From an uncultured delta proteobacterium (GTDB lineage Bacteria > Desulfobacterota > RBG-13-43-22): a DNA stretch of 64,000 bases. The translations under genes were made by a program, and so were the position numbers. Location: the NCBI GenBank assembly GCA_963790475.1, contig CAWBOS010000010.1:736001-800000 (forward strand). Reading direction: 5' to 3'. Of this stretch, positions 49,434 to 60,614 are shown piece by piece. Under the pieces are notes generated by a model. That model was not told the origin of the DNA. It did no database searches and was given only the letters and a program-made list of their open reading frames with translations. The first letter of the stretch is position 1. Every line of letters begins with the position of its first letter.

Positions 49434-49606
49434 AAAAAATCCAGAATCCCGGAGTCTGAATTCAGAAGTGGAGAATTGTTTTGAAAAAATAATAGGGCGG
49501 GCATTATCGTCTGTTCATATTAGATAAGCCTGAGGCCGTGGTTTGATTATGATGACCACTCCTGACTTCTGGCTCCTGAATTTTTTTTTTAGAGGAGGTA
49601 TTAAAT

Positions 49607-50785
49607 ATGAAAGAAGTGGTAATCGTTGGTGCGGCCCGGACTCCGGTAGGACGGTTCGGAGGGGGTCTTAAAGATATTTCTGCGGTTCAATTAGGGGTGA
49701 TTGCCGTTAAAGAAGCCTTAAAACGGGCCTCGGTCCCTCCGGAAAGGGTTGAAGAGGTTATTTTAGGTAATGTCCTCCAGGCCGGCCAGGGGCAGAATCC
49801 TGCCCGGCAGGTGGTGATTCATTCCGGTATCCCCAAGGAAGTTCCGGCCACCACCATCAATATGGTCTGTGCTTCGGGGTTGAAATCAGTCATGATGGCG
49901 GCTCAAACCATCTTGTCAGGAGATGCCGATATCGTTGTGGCCGGTGGCATGGAAAGCATGAGTCAGGCCCCGTATGCCTTCAGGCAGGCCCGTTGGGGGT
50001 CGCGAATGGGAAACAGTGAATTAGTGGACCTGATGATCTACGATGGGCTCCAGGATGTATTCGGACAGGTCCATATGGGTATTACCGCTGAAAACGTGGC
50101 CGAACAATTTGGAATCTCGCGGGAGGATCAAGACCGGCTGGCCTTGCGCAGTCAGGAAAATGCCTTGAAGGCCCAGGCCGAAGGCAGGTTCAGGGATGAA
50201 ATCGTTCCGGTCCCGATTCCTCAAAAGAAAGGGGATCCCATTTTATTCGATACTGATGAGCACCCGCGAGCCACAACTTTGGCAGATCTGGCAAAACTAA
50301 AACCGGCTTTCAAAAATAATGGAACGGTGACTGCCGGTAATGCCTCGGGAATCAATGACGGGGGAGCGGCCTTGGTGGTGATGTCTTTAGAAAAGGCCAG
50401 GGAGATGGGTCTTCGGCCCTTGGCCCATATTCGTTCTTATGCCACCGCCGGAGTGGACCCGTCGATTATGGGTACCGGCCCCATCCCGGCCTCCAAAAAG
50501 GCTTTGAAAAAGGCGGGACTATTGGTGAAGGATTTGGACCTGATCGAGGCCAATGAAGCCTTTGCCGCCCAGGCGGCGGCGGTCAATCGGGAGATGGGCT
50601 GGAATATGGAGAAGGTCAATATCAGCGGCGGGGCCGTTGCCCTGGGACATCCGATCGGGGCCAGCGGGGCCAGGATATTGATTACCTTGCTTTATGGAAT
50701 GATTAGAAATAAGGCCGCCCTGGGCTTGGCCACCCTCTGTGTCGGAGGGGGCATGGGGGCGGCGATGATACTGGAAAGAAAATAA
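49607..50785 (+). CDS. Acetyl-CoA C-acetyltransferase (thiolase), second paralog
   Basis: [32 protein letters not shown]. Confidence 0.95.
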   Translation: MKEVVIVGAARTPVGRFGGGLKDISAVQLGVIAVKEALKRASVPPERVEEVILGNVLQAGQGQNPARQVVIHSGIPKEVPATTINMVCASGLKSVMMAAQTILSGDADIVVAGGMESMSQAPYAFRQARWGSRMGNSELVDLMIYDGLQDVFGQVHMGITAENVAEQFGISREDQDRLALRSQENALKAQAEGRFRDEIVPVPIPQKKGDPILFDTDEHPRATTLADLAKLKPAFKNNGTVTAGNASGINDGGAALVVMSLEKAREMGLRPLAHIRSYATAGVDPSIMGTGPIPASKKALKKAGLLVKDLDLIEANEAFAAQAAAVNREMGWNMEKVNISGGAVALGHPIGASGARILITLLYGMIRNKAALGLATLCVGGGMGAAMILERK

Positions 50786-50796
50786 GGAGAAAATAT

Positions 50797-51945
50797 ATGG
50801 ACTTTAATCTAACCGAAGAACAGCAGATGGTTCGAGAGATGGCCCGGAAGTTTGCTGAGGCCGAGATCAAACCGGTAGCCGCCCGCCTGGATGCCACTCA
50901 TGAACATCCGGCCGAAATCTGTAAAAAGCTGGCCGAGCTTAAATTCCTGGGCATTGCCGTTCCTGAAGAATATGGGGGCGGCGGCATGGACTATGTCAGC
51001 TACGTATTGGCCTTGATCGAGATTTCCAAGGCCTGTGCTTCTACCGGGGCGATTATGTCAGTGAACAATTCCTTGTATTGCTTTCCCGTTATGGCCTTTG
51101 GAACTCATGAACAAAAGATGAAATACCTTTATCCGGTAGCCGCCGGAGAACAATTGGGTTGTTTCGGTCTGACCGAAGCCGGGGCCGGATCGGATCCGAG
51201 CCGCTTGAGGACAACAGCAGTTCTTGATGGCGATGAATGGGTCATCAACGGCGAGAAGAAATTCATCACCAGCGGGAACGTGGCCGGTTTTTGTGTCTTG
51301 GCCTCGGTCACCGACAAAGAGAAAGGTTCGAAAGGGATCAGCAGCTTTGTCGTCGATCTGAAAAACACCCCCGGTTATTCTCTGGGACGGGTGGAAGAAA
51401 AAATGGGGATCAACGCCTCCGGGACAGCGGAAATGATTTTTGATAATGCCCGGTTGCCCAAAGATGCCCTGCTGGGAAAGCTTGGTGAAGGTTTTAAACA
51501 GATGCTGACTACTTTGGACGGAGGACGGATCGGCATTGCCTCCCAGGCCATTGGAATCGGCCGGGCGGTCCTGGAAGAGGGCCTTGAATATGCCAAGACC
51601 CGTGAGCAATTCGGTCACCCGATTTCCGGTTTCCAGGCCATTCAATGGAAACTGGCTGATATGGCCACTCGGTTAGATGCCGCTGAGCTTTTGACTTTGC
51701 GGGCCGCCTGGATGGAAGACAATCACCAGCAATATGAGAAGGCGGCCGCTATGGCCAAGATGTATGCCTCGGACACAGCCATGCAAGCGGCTATCGAGGG
51801 TGTCCAAATCCTGGGAGGTTATGGTTATTGCAAGGAGTACCCTATGGAGCGCCATATGCGGGATGCCAAGATTACCCAGATCTACGAAGGCACCAACGAG
51901 ATCATGCGGGTGGTCATTGCCAATAATATTTTAAAGGGAAGATAG
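50797..51945 (+). CDS. Acyl-CoA dehydrogenase (butyryl-CoA dehydrogenase-like)
   Basis: FGLTEAGAGSD, LDGGRIGIA, REQFG, GGYGY, IYEGTNEI. Confidence 0.93.
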   Translation: MDFNLTEEQQMVREMARKFAEAEIKPVAARLDATHEHPAEICKKLAELKFLGIAVPEEYGGGGMDYVSYVLALIEISKACASTGAIMSVNNSLYCFPVMAFGTHEQKMKYLYPVAAGEQLGCFGLTEAGAGSDPSRLRTTAVLDGDEWVINGEKKFITSGNVAGFCVLASVTDKEKGSKGISSFVVDLKNTPGYSLGRVEEKMGINASGTAEMIFDNARLPKDALLGKLGEGFKQMLTTLDGGRIGIASQAIGIGRAVLEEGLEYAKTREQFGHPISGFQAIQWKLADMATRLDAAELLTLRAAWMEDNHQQYEKAAAMAKMYASDTAMQAAIEGVQILGGYGYCKEYPMERHMRDAKITQIYEGTNEIMRVVIANNILKGR

Positions 51946-51951
51946 GCTGAA

Positions 51952-52019
51952 AGTTCGGAGTTTAGAGTTCGGAGTTCAGATCCCCATTTTAACAGGCTCC
52001 GAACTCTGAACTCCGAACT
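51952..52019. repeat. Heptamer-based intergenic palindrome
   Basis: AGTTCGG AGTTTAG AGTTCGG AGTTCAG ... CTCCGAA CTCTGAA CTCCGAA CT. Confidence 0.7.
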
Positions 52020-52077
52020 AATACCCATCGGCCCGGGGACCTTTCTTAGTAAATAGGAAGTGTTGGAATAAATCATT

Positions 52078-53232
52078 ATGAATTTCGCCTTCACCGAAGA
52101 ACAAAAGATGATCCAGGGGATGTGCCGGGATTTTTCACGGACCGAACTGGCCCCACAAGCCACCCGGCTGGATGAGACCAAGGACCGGAATATCTTAAAG
52201 GCCAATTTGAAAAAAATGGCCGATCTGGGTCTGATGGGTGTGAATATTCCCGAGACTTATGGGGGGGCACGAATCGGGGTAGTGGCCTACAGTCTGGCCC
52301 TGACTGAGATCGGGGCCGGGTGTGCGGCCACGGCGGTAACCATGTCGGTGACCAATATGGTGGCCGAAGTACTGCTGGAATTCGGGACGGATGAAATTAA
52401 AAAGAAATATATCCCGCGTCTATGTTCCGGAGAATACCCGGCCGGGGCCTTCGGCCTGACCGAATCCGGTGCCGGATCGGACCCGGCGGGCATGAAGACC
52501 ACGGCGGTATTGGATGGGAATGAATGGGTCCTGGACGGCCAGAAGATTTTTATTTCCAGCGCTGAGTATGCGGGGGTGGTGGTGGTCTGGGCCGTGACCA
52601 ACAAGAAGGCACCGAAAGGCCGGGGGATCAGTGCCTTCGTCGTTGAAAAGGGCACGCCCGGGTATGTCGTTGGAACCGATGAAAAAAAGATGGGCCAGAA
52701 AGGGTCCAGCACCAATCAACTCATCTTCGACCGCTGCCGCATTCCCAAAGAGAACCTTCTGGGTTCGGTGGATGACGGCTTTCGGATTTCCCTGATGGAA
52801 CTGGCCGGAGGCCGAATCGGGATCGGGTCCATGTCCATCGGCATCGGCCGGGCGGCGATGGATTTTGCTGTGGAGTATGCCAAAAGCAGGGAACAATTCG
52901 GCCAGCCTATTGCTCAGTTTCAAGCTATTCAATGGATGATAGCCGATTCTTATACCGAACTTTCGGCGGCTCAGATGCTTGTTTTGCGGGCCGCCTTTCT
53001 TAAAGAATCAGGCCGATCCTTTACCCGGGAGGCTTCCATGGGAAAACTGCTGGCCTCCGAAGCCTGCAATAAGGCCTGCTATAACGCGGTTCAAATTCTG
53101 GGGGGCTATGGTTACACCACCGATTTTCCGGTGGAGCGGATGGCCCGGGATGCGCGGGTAACGACCCTTTATGAAGGGACCTCGGAGATTCAACGTTTGG
53201 TGATCGCCCGTTCCCTGTTGGAAGGAAGATAA
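52078..53232 (+). CDS. Acyl-CoA dehydrogenase, second paralog
   Basis: FGLTESGAGSD, LAGGRIGIG, GGYGY, LYEGTSEI. Confidence 0.93.
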   Translation: MNFAFTEEQKMIQGMCRDFSRTELAPQATRLDETKDRNILKANLKKMADLGLMGVNIPETYGGARIGVVAYSLALTEIGAGCAATAVTMSVTNMVAEVLLEFGTDEIKKKYIPRLCSGEYPAGAFGLTESGAGSDPAGMKTTAVLDGNEWVLDGQKIFISSAEYAGVVVVWAVTNKKAPKGRGISAFVVEKGTPGYVVGTDEKKMGQKGSSTNQLIFDRCRIPKENLLGSVDDGFRISLMELAGGRIGIGSMSIGIGRAAMDFAVEYAKSREQFGQPIAQFQAIQWMIADSYTELSAAQMLVLRAAFLKESGRSFTREASMGKLLASEACNKACYNAVQILGGYGYTTDFPVERMARDARVTTLYEGTSEIQRLVIARSLLEGR

Positions 53233-53234
53233 AT

Positions 53235-53771
53235 TTGGCGGAAGATCGACACCAGGGCATGATTCAGGTTTATACCGGAGATGGCAAGGGAAAGACTACG
53301 GCCGCCCTGGGATTGGCTTTCAGAGCGGTAGGACACGGCCGTAAGGTAGTTATGCTGCAATTCATGAAAGGTCCGGAACAAACCGGGGAAATGAAGGCCG
53401 CCCAAAAGCTGGCCCCTTTGTTGACCATCAAACCGATGGGGCGCGCCGGATTTATCGATAAAGACCATCCGGATCTCGAGGATAAGACTTTGGCCCTTAA
53501 AGCCCTGGATTATGCCAGGGAAATCATGTTGAACCAGCCGATTGATATTTTAATCCTGGATGAAATCAATGTGGCCCTGGCCTTTGGGCTTTTGCCGATT
53601 GAGGCCGTTTTGGATCTAATCAAAATAAAACCCGATTCCCTGGAACTGGTTTTAACCGGCCGATATGCCGATCCGAGGATATCGGAGATGGCCGATCTGG
53701 TTACGGAAATGAAAAACCAAAAACACTATTTTGCCCAAGGGGTGCCGGATCGGGTGGGTATTGAGAGGTAA
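53235..53771 (+). CDS. cobO: Cob(I)alamin adenosyltransferase (CobO/BtuR)
   Basis: [38 protein letters not shown]. Confidence 0.93.
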   Translation: MAEDRHQGMIQVYTGDGKGKTTAALGLAFRAVGHGRKVVMLQFMKGPEQTGEMKAAQKLAPLLTIKPMGRAGFIDKDHPDLEDKTLALKALDYAREIMLNQPIDILILDEINVALAFGLLPIEAVLDLIKIKPDSLELVLTGRYADPRISEMADLVTEMKNQKHYFAQGVPDRVGIER

Positions 53772-53773
53772 AG

Positions 53774-55450
53774 ATGTTTAAAAAAGACCAGATGGATAAG
53801 GTCAGGAAAGGTAAAAAGGTCTGGCAAGGGGAATTAACCTCCCAGCTTTCCCAAATGCCGGAACGGAAAAATCGCTTTTCGACGGTTTCCGATTTGGAGA
53901 TAAAAGATTTATATACTCCGGAAGACCTGTCAGATATGGATTTTGAGAAAGATATTTCCTTTCCCTGTTCCTATCCTTTTACCCGTGGGGTGCAGCCTTC
54001 CATGTACCGGGGCCGCCTGTGGACGATGCGCATGTTTGCCGGACTGGGCTCGGCTGAGGATACCAATAAACGTTTCCACTACTTGGTGCAACAGGGTCAA
54101 ACCGGACTCTCCACGGCCTTTGATATGCCCACCCTGATGGGTTACGACACCGATTCTCCAATGGCCAGAGGGGAAGGCGGGAAATGCGGTGTGGCCATTG
54201 ATACCCTGAAAGATATGGAGATCCTTTTTGACGGTTTGCCCATTGACCGGATCACCACCTCGATGACCATCAATCCGCCCGCCTCGGTGATCTGGGCCAT
54301 GTATATCGCCATGGCCGAAAAAAGGGGCATCCCCAGAAATAAGCTGGGCGGAACCATTCAGAATGATATGTTAAAAGAATTTGCGGCCCAAAAGACTTTT
54401 ATGTGTCCCCCCCGGCCGTCGGTACGACTGGTGATCGACACCGTCGAATTCGGGACCCGAGAAGTCCCCCGCTGGAATACCATCAGCATCAGCGGCTATC
54501 ACATCCGGGAGGCCGGCTCCACCGCTGTTCAGGAACTGGCTTTTACCCTGGCCGACGGTTTGGCCTATGTACAGGCGGCGGTCGAGCGGGGTTTGAAAGT
54601 GGATGATTTCGCGCCCCGCCTTTCTTTTTTCTTCAATGCCCACAGTGATTTTTTTGAAGAAATCGCCAAATACCGGGCCGCCCGCAGGATGTGGGCCCGG
54701 TTTATGAAGGAACGGTTTAAGGCCGAAAACCCCAGGTCCTGGTGGCTGCGTTTTCATACTCAGACCGCCGGTTGTTCACTGACCGCCCAGCAACCGTATA
54801 ATAATGTGATCCGGACGGCCCTTCAGGCCCTGTCAGCCGTATTGGGCGGAACCCAATCGTTGCATACCAATTCTTTGGACGAGGTCCTGGCCATACCCAC
54901 CGAAGAAGCGGCCACCATCGCCTTGCGAACCCAACAAATCATCGCCGAGGAATCCGGTGTGGCCAATACCATCGATCCTTTAGGGGGATCTTATTTTGTT
55001 GAGTCATTGACCAATGAGATGGAAGCCCAGGCCATGGAATACATCCGGAAGATCGACGAGATGGGGGGCATGATCGAGGCGCTGGAACGGCATTATCCTC
55101 AAATGGAGATCGCCGATGCCGCCTATAAGTTTCAACAGCAGATTGACCGGCGGGAAAAGGTCATGGTCGGGGTCAATAAATATGAAACGGAAGAGGCCCC
55201 GCCGGTGGAAATCTTAAAGATCGATCCGGAATTGGAAAAACGGCAGATTACCCGTATCCAGGAGGTTAAGAATAATCGGAACAACCAAAAAGTCCGGGGA
55301 TGTCTGGATCGTTTGGGCAATGCCTGTGCCGGCCAGCAGAATGTCATGCCCTTTCTGATCGAGGCCGTAAAAGAACAGGCCACCTTGCAGGAATGTTGTG
55401 ATGTATACCGCAAGGTGTTCGGGGTCTATCGCGATCCGGGAATATACTGA
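53774..55450 (+). CDS. icmA: B12-dependent acyl-CoA mutase large subunit, isobutyryl-CoA mutase type
   Basis: MCM-family motifs ([24 protein letters not shown]). Phe in WTMRMFAG and Gln in KEFAAQK replace the Tyr and Arg of methylmalonyl-CoA mutase. Confidence 0.8.
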   Translation: MFKKDQMDKVRKGKKVWQGELTSQLSQMPERKNRFSTVSDLEIKDLYTPEDLSDMDFEKDISFPCSYPFTRGVQPSMYRGRLWTMRMFAGLGSAEDTNKRFHYLVQQGQTGLSTAFDMPTLMGYDTDSPMARGEGGKCGVAIDTLKDMEILFDGLPIDRITTSMTINPPASVIWAMYIAMAEKRGIPRNKLGGTIQNDMLKEFAAQKTFMCPPRPSVRLVIDTVEFGTREVPRWNTISISGYHIREAGSTAVQELAFTLADGLAYVQAAVERGLKVDDFAPRLSFFFNAHSDFFEEIAKYRAARRMWARFMKERFKAENPRSWWLRFHTQTAGCSLTAQQPYNNVIRTALQALSAVLGGTQSLHTNSLDEVLAIPTEEAATIALRTQQIIAEESGVANTIDPLGGSYFVESLTNEMEAQAMEYIRKIDEMGGMIEALERHYPQMEIADAAYKFQQQIDRREKVMVGVNKYETEEAPPVEILKIDPELEKRQITRIQEVKNNRNNQKVRGCLDRLGNACAGQQNVMPFLIEAVKEQATLQECCDVYRKVFGVYRDPGIY

Positions 55451-55531
55451 TTGCCGATTGCGGAATTAAAGACCTGGCAAAAGAATCCTGGCGATCCGGT
55501 AAATCCTGTCTAAGAAAAGGATAAAAATTAT

Positions 55532-55936
55532 ATGAAACAGGAACGAAAGATCCGTATATTGGTCGGAAAACCCGGACTGGATGGGCACGATCGAGGGGCG
55601 CGTATTATTGCCCGGGCCTTCAGGGATGCGGGGTTTGAAGTGGTCTATACCGGATTACATCAGACGCCGGAACAGATCGTTCAGGCCGCCATCCAGGAGG
55701 ATGTGGACCTGATCGGCTTGTCCAGTCTGGCCGGGGCCCATAACTATCTATTCCCTCAGGTCCTGGATCTACTGAAGGAAAAAGGGGCCGAAGATATCGC
55801 CTTGATCGGCGGCGGGATCTTCCCCGAAGAAGACATTCAATCCTTAAAACAAATGGGGGTCAAAGAAATCTTTACCCCCGGGGCCTCTCTTGACCGTATT
55901 GCCGATTGGGTTAGAGAAAATATCAAGCCGAGATAA
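55532..55936 (+). CDS. icmB: Acyl-CoA mutase cobalamin-binding small subunit
   Basis: [11 protein letters not shown] (DxHxxG), [15 protein letters not shown]. Confidence 0.85.
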   Translation: MKQERKIRILVGKPGLDGHDRGARIIARAFRDAGFEVVYTGLHQTPEQIVQAAIQEDVDLIGLSSLAGAHNYLFPQVLDLLKEKGAEDIALIGGGIFPEEDIQSLKQMGVKEIFTPGASLDRIADWVRENIKPR

Positions 55937-55952
55937 TTTTTAAAGGTCTCTT

Positions 55953-58646
55953 TTATTTTTTCCCATCCTTCATTTGAATCAGAATTTGTTCCAAGTCCTT
56001 CAAGGCCTGTCCGTAGGCCGTCCAGTTTTCCTGCTTTAAAGCGTTTCGAGCCTTCTGATAGTATTCCCAGGCCTGATTACCCAGAGACGGAGAGGGTTGG
56101 GCTTTCCCCTGGGCTAAGGGCTGGGAGGGCTGCTCCTCCCGTGGCTTCTTGATTTCCTGTCCGAAGATGCGGCCCAGGGATTTTTCCAAAGTTTCTTCCA
56201 TGGCAATCTGGTTTTCATACGCCACAACAACTCGTTTGAGTTCCGGGATTTGTCCGCTCTCCGCTTTGATATACAAAGGTTGTACATAAATCAGGGACCC
56301 TTCGATAGGAATCACCAAAAGAGTCCCCAAGGTCACCTTGGAGCCTCGCTGGTCCCACAAGGAGAGTTGCCGGGAAATGTCCGGATCTTGGTTGATGCGC
56401 GATTCGATCTGTTTCGGACCGTAAACCAGTCGTTGCTTGGGAAATCGATAGACCACAAATTTTCCGAAATGAGGAAAATCACAATTAACGGACATCCAGG
56501 CGGCCAGGTTGTCTTTTTTCTGGGGGGTAAAAGGGATCATCAAAATAAATTCTTCCTTTTTTTCATTGGGAAGACGCATGATGGTGTAATAGGATTCCAT
56601 GTTTTTCGTCGTCGATTGTAGATTGGCCGGAATTTCCCAAACGTCTTCCCGGTTATAAAAGGTTTGAGGGTTCGTCATATGGTAGATGGCATAGATCCTT
56701 GATTGGATATCAAACAAGAAATGAGGATAGCGTAAATGACTTTTCAGGTCCGGATCCATGGCCTCCAACGGTTTGAAAAGATCCGGGAAAATTCGGGCAT
56801 AGGCTTTGGTCAAAGGATCCTTTCCATCTTTGATGTACAGTTGGACCGAACCTTCATAGGCATCAACCACGGCCACCACCGAATTACGGATATAATTTCC
56901 GATTTTTTTGACCGGCCGGGAATAGGGGAAATTGGAGGACATCGCATAGGCATCCAGGATCCAAAAGAGCCTTCCCCCCGAAACGACCAAGTAAGGATCC
57001 TGATCAACCTGAAGAAAAGGGACCAGCTTTTGAACCCGGGTTTGAATGGAGCGGTCAAACAGGATTCGGCTTTGGGGGGTAATATCCGAAGAAAGTAAGA
57101 TCTTAAAGGCGCCGAACCGTAGGGACCAGAGGGCTTTCTTGAGAAATCCTCCAATAGGAATTCCACCTCTACCCTGGTAACTGGCAAAAACATTTTGGTC
57201 CCCGGATGGATAGTTGAACTCTTTTTGCCGGCTGTTGACGATGATATAATCATTTTCAATCTCGCCGAAATAGATTTCCGGCTGAGTCACCTTCAGATCG
57301 GTTTTGGAAACCGGCGGGATATCCTGGATAAGCAGGTCCGGAAGCCCTTCCGGGGTGACCTGATTGACCACCCCGAGGGTCAACCCGTAGCCATGGGTAT
57401 AAATCAGGTGTTCATTGATCCAATTTTTGCTGGGCAGATCGGCATAGGATAGTTCCCGAGGGGAAAGCATGACCTGACGGTATTCCTTATTGATATAGTA
57501 GCGGTCATTATCCACGAATTGAAATTTATAGTAGGTTCTGATCTCCTGGAGCTGACTGAAGGTTTCCAATAACGGGCGGTGATCCCAGAGACGGATGTTA
57601 TTAACCGTCGGGCGGTTGGCCTCGATCAAGGCGGGTGTCAAAGTCGTTTCTGCGGCTAATTGACGTTCTTCCACCTGACTGAGACCAAACCCTTGAAGGG
57701 TCCCCTGGATGTACCGGGAAAGGTAGGATGATTCCTTTTGGATTTCATTGGGGGTGACAATAAAACGCTGAACAAATCCAGGTAGAAGATAGACCCCGAT
57801 AATATAGCATCCGATAAAAAGAGCCAGAACCCCGTAAATCCAGCGCCCTCCCGGCCTGAAGGCTCGAACCAAAAAGAGGAGCCCGGTCAAAAGGGAGACG
57901 AAGATCATAACGCCCAGAACAGGCAGGAGATAATTTTGATCAACAAAGCCGGGGCCAAAAACCACCCCTCGGCCGGTAAAGAGGAGATCAAATCGGGAAA
58001 GATAAAAATAATAGGTCAGATAAAGAAAAAGGACCCCAAAGATGGCGAAAAGGTAGCTTTTAACCCAGGGCTTGAGGACCACCCCTCTGGGGCCGACCTG
58101 GAATTGGAACCGGACAACAATGATCAACAAGGCCGAAAAGAGGGACAGGAACCACAGGCCGGTAAACCAGCCGCTTATGTATTGTAAAAAAGGAAGCCGG
58201 AACATATAAAAAGAAATATCTTGATTGAAAACAGGATCGGATTGCCCGATAGGCAAGGCATTGAGGAAGAGTTGGGAAGATTCCCATTGGCCGGCTGCCC
58301 CCAGACCCATGAAAATTCCTACCAGAATAGCCGCCGGTAATAAGAAGGAGAGGAGACGTCTTTCCAGCCAGATCGGGAGGTTAATGGGGAGGGCTTCGGG
58401 ATTTAGAGGGTAGGGGGTATGGGCTTGCCGAAACACCAGGCGGCCGTGTAAATAGAACAGGAGGGCCGAAAGGAAGCCGAAGATGCCCCCCAAGAGCAAT
58501 TTATAATTGATAAGACGCAGGAAGACCGAGGTGTATCCCAAGGATTTAAACCAGAGCCATTCGGTGTAGAATCCCAGGAGACTGGAACCGACAACGAAAA
58601 GAACCAAGAGGAGCAACACCAAGGACAGGATTGGTCGTTTTATCAT
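55953..58646 (-). CDS. UPF0182 family membrane protein
   Basis: YTEWLWFKSLGY, DPVFNQDISFY, NIRLWD, HLIYTHGYG, NYIRNSV, YVQPLY; likely ATG at 58646. Confidence 0.93.
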   Translation of the reverse strand: MIKRPILSLVLLLLVLFVVGSSLLGFYTEWLWFKSLGYTSVFLRLINYKLLLGGIFGFLSALLFYLHGRLVFRQAHTPYPLNPEALPINLPIWLERRLLSFLLPAAILVGIFMGLGAAGQWESSQLFLNALPIGQSDPVFNQDISFYMFRLPFLQYISGWFTGLWFLSLFSALLIIVVRFQFQVGPRGVVLKPWVKSYLFAIFGVLFLYLTYYFYLSRFDLLFTGRGVVFGPGFVDQNYLLPVLGVMIFVSLLTGLLFLVRAFRPGGRWIYGVLALFIGCYIIGVYLLPGFVQRFIVTPNEIQKESSYLSRYIQGTLQGFGLSQVEERQLAAETTLTPALIEANRPTVNNIRLWDHRPLLETFSQLQEIRTYYKFQFVDNDRYYINKEYRQVMLSPRELSYADLPSKNWINEHLIYTHGYGLTLGVVNQVTPEGLPDLLIQDIPPVSKTDLKVTQPEIYFGEIENDYIIVNSRQKEFNYPSGDQNVFASYQGRGGIPIGGFLKKALWSLRFGAFKILLSSDITPQSRILFDRSIQTRVQKLVPFLQVDQDPYLVVSGGRLFWILDAYAMSSNFPYSRPVKKIGNYIRNSVVAVVDAYEGSVQLYIKDGKDPLTKAYARIFPDLFKPLEAMDPDLKSHLRYPHFLFDIQSRIYAIYHMTNPQTFYNREDVWEIPANLQSTTKNMESYYTIMRLPNEKKEEFILMIPFTPQKKDNLAAWMSVNCDFPHFGKFVVYRFPKQRLVYGPKQIESRINQDPDISRQLSLWDQRGSKVTLGTLLVIPIEGSLIYVQPLYIKAESGQIPELKRVVVAYENQIAMEETLEKSLGRIFGQEIKKPREEQPSQPLAQGKAQPSPSLGNQAWEYYQKARNALKQENWTAYGQALKDLEQILIQMKDGKK

Positions 58647-58820
58647 AGCTATTTCCCCCTTCGTACTCATTGGCCGTCGTCCTATGCGTTTTTCGCGGCG
58701 GCCGAATCGGTAACGAGCCGCAAACAGAAAGAACGAATGTTTAAAGTATTGTATTCTTTTTGATTTTATATTAATAAAGAATACAACTATTGTCAACACA
58801 ATAGCAGGAGGTGTTTTACC

Positions 58821-59297
58821 ATGTATCTATTTAAACAAGTTAAAGTAGAAAAAGACATGATTCTGATTGGAAAACCCAAGCCGGAAGATTTAAAGAATCT
58901 CATGCAGCAGGGTTATCGGAAGGTGTTGGATATTATGCCCCTGGCCCTCAAAGATAGGGGACTGGCCCGCCGGGTTCGTTCAACCGGAATGAGCTATCAT
59001 CACATCCCGGTGGAGTCCTGTGATCTGGAGAGTTGTCACCTTGACGATGACTGGGTGGTCCGTTTTTTCCGTTACCTGGTCCGACATGGTCAAGAACCCA
59101 TGATCATCAATACCGATGATGAGACCCTGGGGATCAGCCTGGTCATGTTGTCCGCTTTGTTTTTGGAAGGGCAACCCTATCAAGAAGTAATTCGATCCGT
59201 CGAAGCCCTGGGAGTTTCCTTAAAGGGCAGGAAGGACATTAAACGATTCATTCGGGATTTCAATAAGCATTACCAGGGAAAAATGATAGCGCGATGA
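58821..59297 (+). CDS. Protein-tyrosine-phosphatase-fold (DUF442-like) protein lacking the catalytic Cys
   Basis: GKPKPEDLKNL..GYRKVLD..GMSYHHIPV matches the PTP/DSP-like N-terminus; the P-loop position reads PMIINTDDE. Confidence 0.55.
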   Translation: MYLFKQVKVEKDMILIGKPKPEDLKNLMQQGYRKVLDIMPLALKDRGLARRVRSTGMSYHHIPVESCDLESCHLDDDWVVRFFRYLVRHGQEPMIINTDDETLGISLVMLSALFLEGQPYQEVIRSVEALGVSLKGRKDIKRFIRDFNKHYQGKMIAR

Positions 59298-60250
59298 TTG
59301 CCGGGCAAAAAGACTTTCTATGTATTCCCCCCTTTCAGGATGCCCATATTCACCTTATGATCGATGGGCATCCGGCAACCCTGGATGATTGCCCTTCTCT
59401 GTTCGCCGAATATTTTTCCAAAGGGATTGTGTCCCTGTCGGATATGGGGCATAAAAGCGGTCTTGGGTTGGAGGTTAAAAAAATCCCAGATCGTTTCGGT
59501 TTATTCCCACTGGAGTTTCACTCGGCAGGTTGGGCCCTTCATAAAAGAGGGGGGTATGGCGGATTTCTGGGAGAAGGGGTTTCAGGGAAAGAGGAAATCA
59601 GGTCAGCCATTCAGACCTTGTCCAAGACCGGCGCGGATTTTATCAAAATCATCAATTCAGGCATCGTTTCTCTGCAGGAAGAAAAACCTGTTACCAAGGG
59701 TGGCTTTTCCGGAGACGAATGGAAGCTGATTCAGGAAGAGGCCGGGGTTCATGGTCTTCCGGTCTGCTGTCATGCCAATTCGGACCGGGCCATCCGGCAG
59801 GCCGTTGATTTTGGGGTGTCCTCCATTGAACATGGTTTTTATATCAGCAGGGAGACCCTGCAGGTAATGTCTGAATTGGGTGTGGCCTGGACCCCAACGG
59901 CCTTTGCCCTCCTGAGTCTTAAGGCCTCTTTGTCCGGCGAAGAACAAAACCGGATTGATCGGATTGTAGATCTTCACCTGGAGGCCATTAATTATGCCGC
60001 CTCCATTGGAGCAAAATTGAAGGTCGGTACCGACAGCGGATCCAAAGGGATCAGACCGGGGGAATCCTTTTTTAGGGAATTGCAGCTTTTTCAGAAGGCC
60101 GGGTTATCCCTGGAGCAAATCCTGTCCGCCGCCTGTTTGGATCAGGCCGAGATTGACCAGGGAAATTATCTTCTGATTGAAAATAATTTCATCAAAATGA
60201 AAAAGGTGGAATCTGTTTTCATTAAGGGCGCTCCGATTTTCACAGAATAA
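59294..60250 (+). CDS. Amidohydrolase family protein
   Basis: PPFQDAHIH (HxH), GADFIK, CHA, SIEHG and GTDSG metal-binding motifs. Confidence 0.85.
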   Translation: MIAGQKDFLCIPPFQDAHIHLMIDGHPATLDDCPSLFAEYFSKGIVSLSDMGHKSGLGLEVKKIPDRFGLFPLEFHSAGWALHKRGGYGGFLGEGVSGKEEIRSAIQTLSKTGADFIKIINSGIVSLQEEKPVTKGGFSGDEWKLIQEEAGVHGLPVCCHANSDRAIRQAVDFGVSSIEHGFYISRETLQVMSELGVAWTPTAFALLSLKASLSGEEQNRIDRIVDLHLEAINYAASIGAKLKVGTDSGSKGIRPGESFFRELQLFQKAGLSLEQILSAACLDQAEIDQGNYLLIENNFIKMKKVESVFIKGAPIFTE

Positions 60251-60363
60251 GAATAATCCAGGGACCTTTAAACTTTTAAGCTTTTAACGGGAAATCATCT
60301 TAAATTCTAAAAAGTTTAGAAGTTTAACAAAGAATGCCCCGTGAGATGACATTCCTGACTAGA

Positions 60364-60489
60364 TTATCTTTGTCTGAGTTCCATTGTACGACCGGGGTCA
60401 TCTTCCCATCTGATTGTCTTGAAATGCCCAACACAAGAATCTTTTTCCATTCCAGTGATCATAGGTTGCGTCACCACCATGTTGATCAT
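60364..60489 (-). CDS. Putative small protein (41 aa)
   Basis: GGAGAGGT RBS upstream of ATG 60489; MINMVVTQPMITGMEKDSCVGHFKTIRWEDDPGRTMELRQR; below the ORF-track cut-off. Confidence 0.35.
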   Translation of the reverse strand: MINMVVTQPMITGMEKDSCVGHFKTIRWEDDPGRTMELRQR

Positions 60490-60614
60490 TTTTTACCTCT
60501 CCAATCCTTGATAAAATTTTTTTTTAATGGGTAGAGCGTAAAAGGAGAGAACAAAAAATTCAGACCCACGGTGTATTTTCTCCAGCAAAGCGATAACCTT
60601 AGGGGACACACGGA

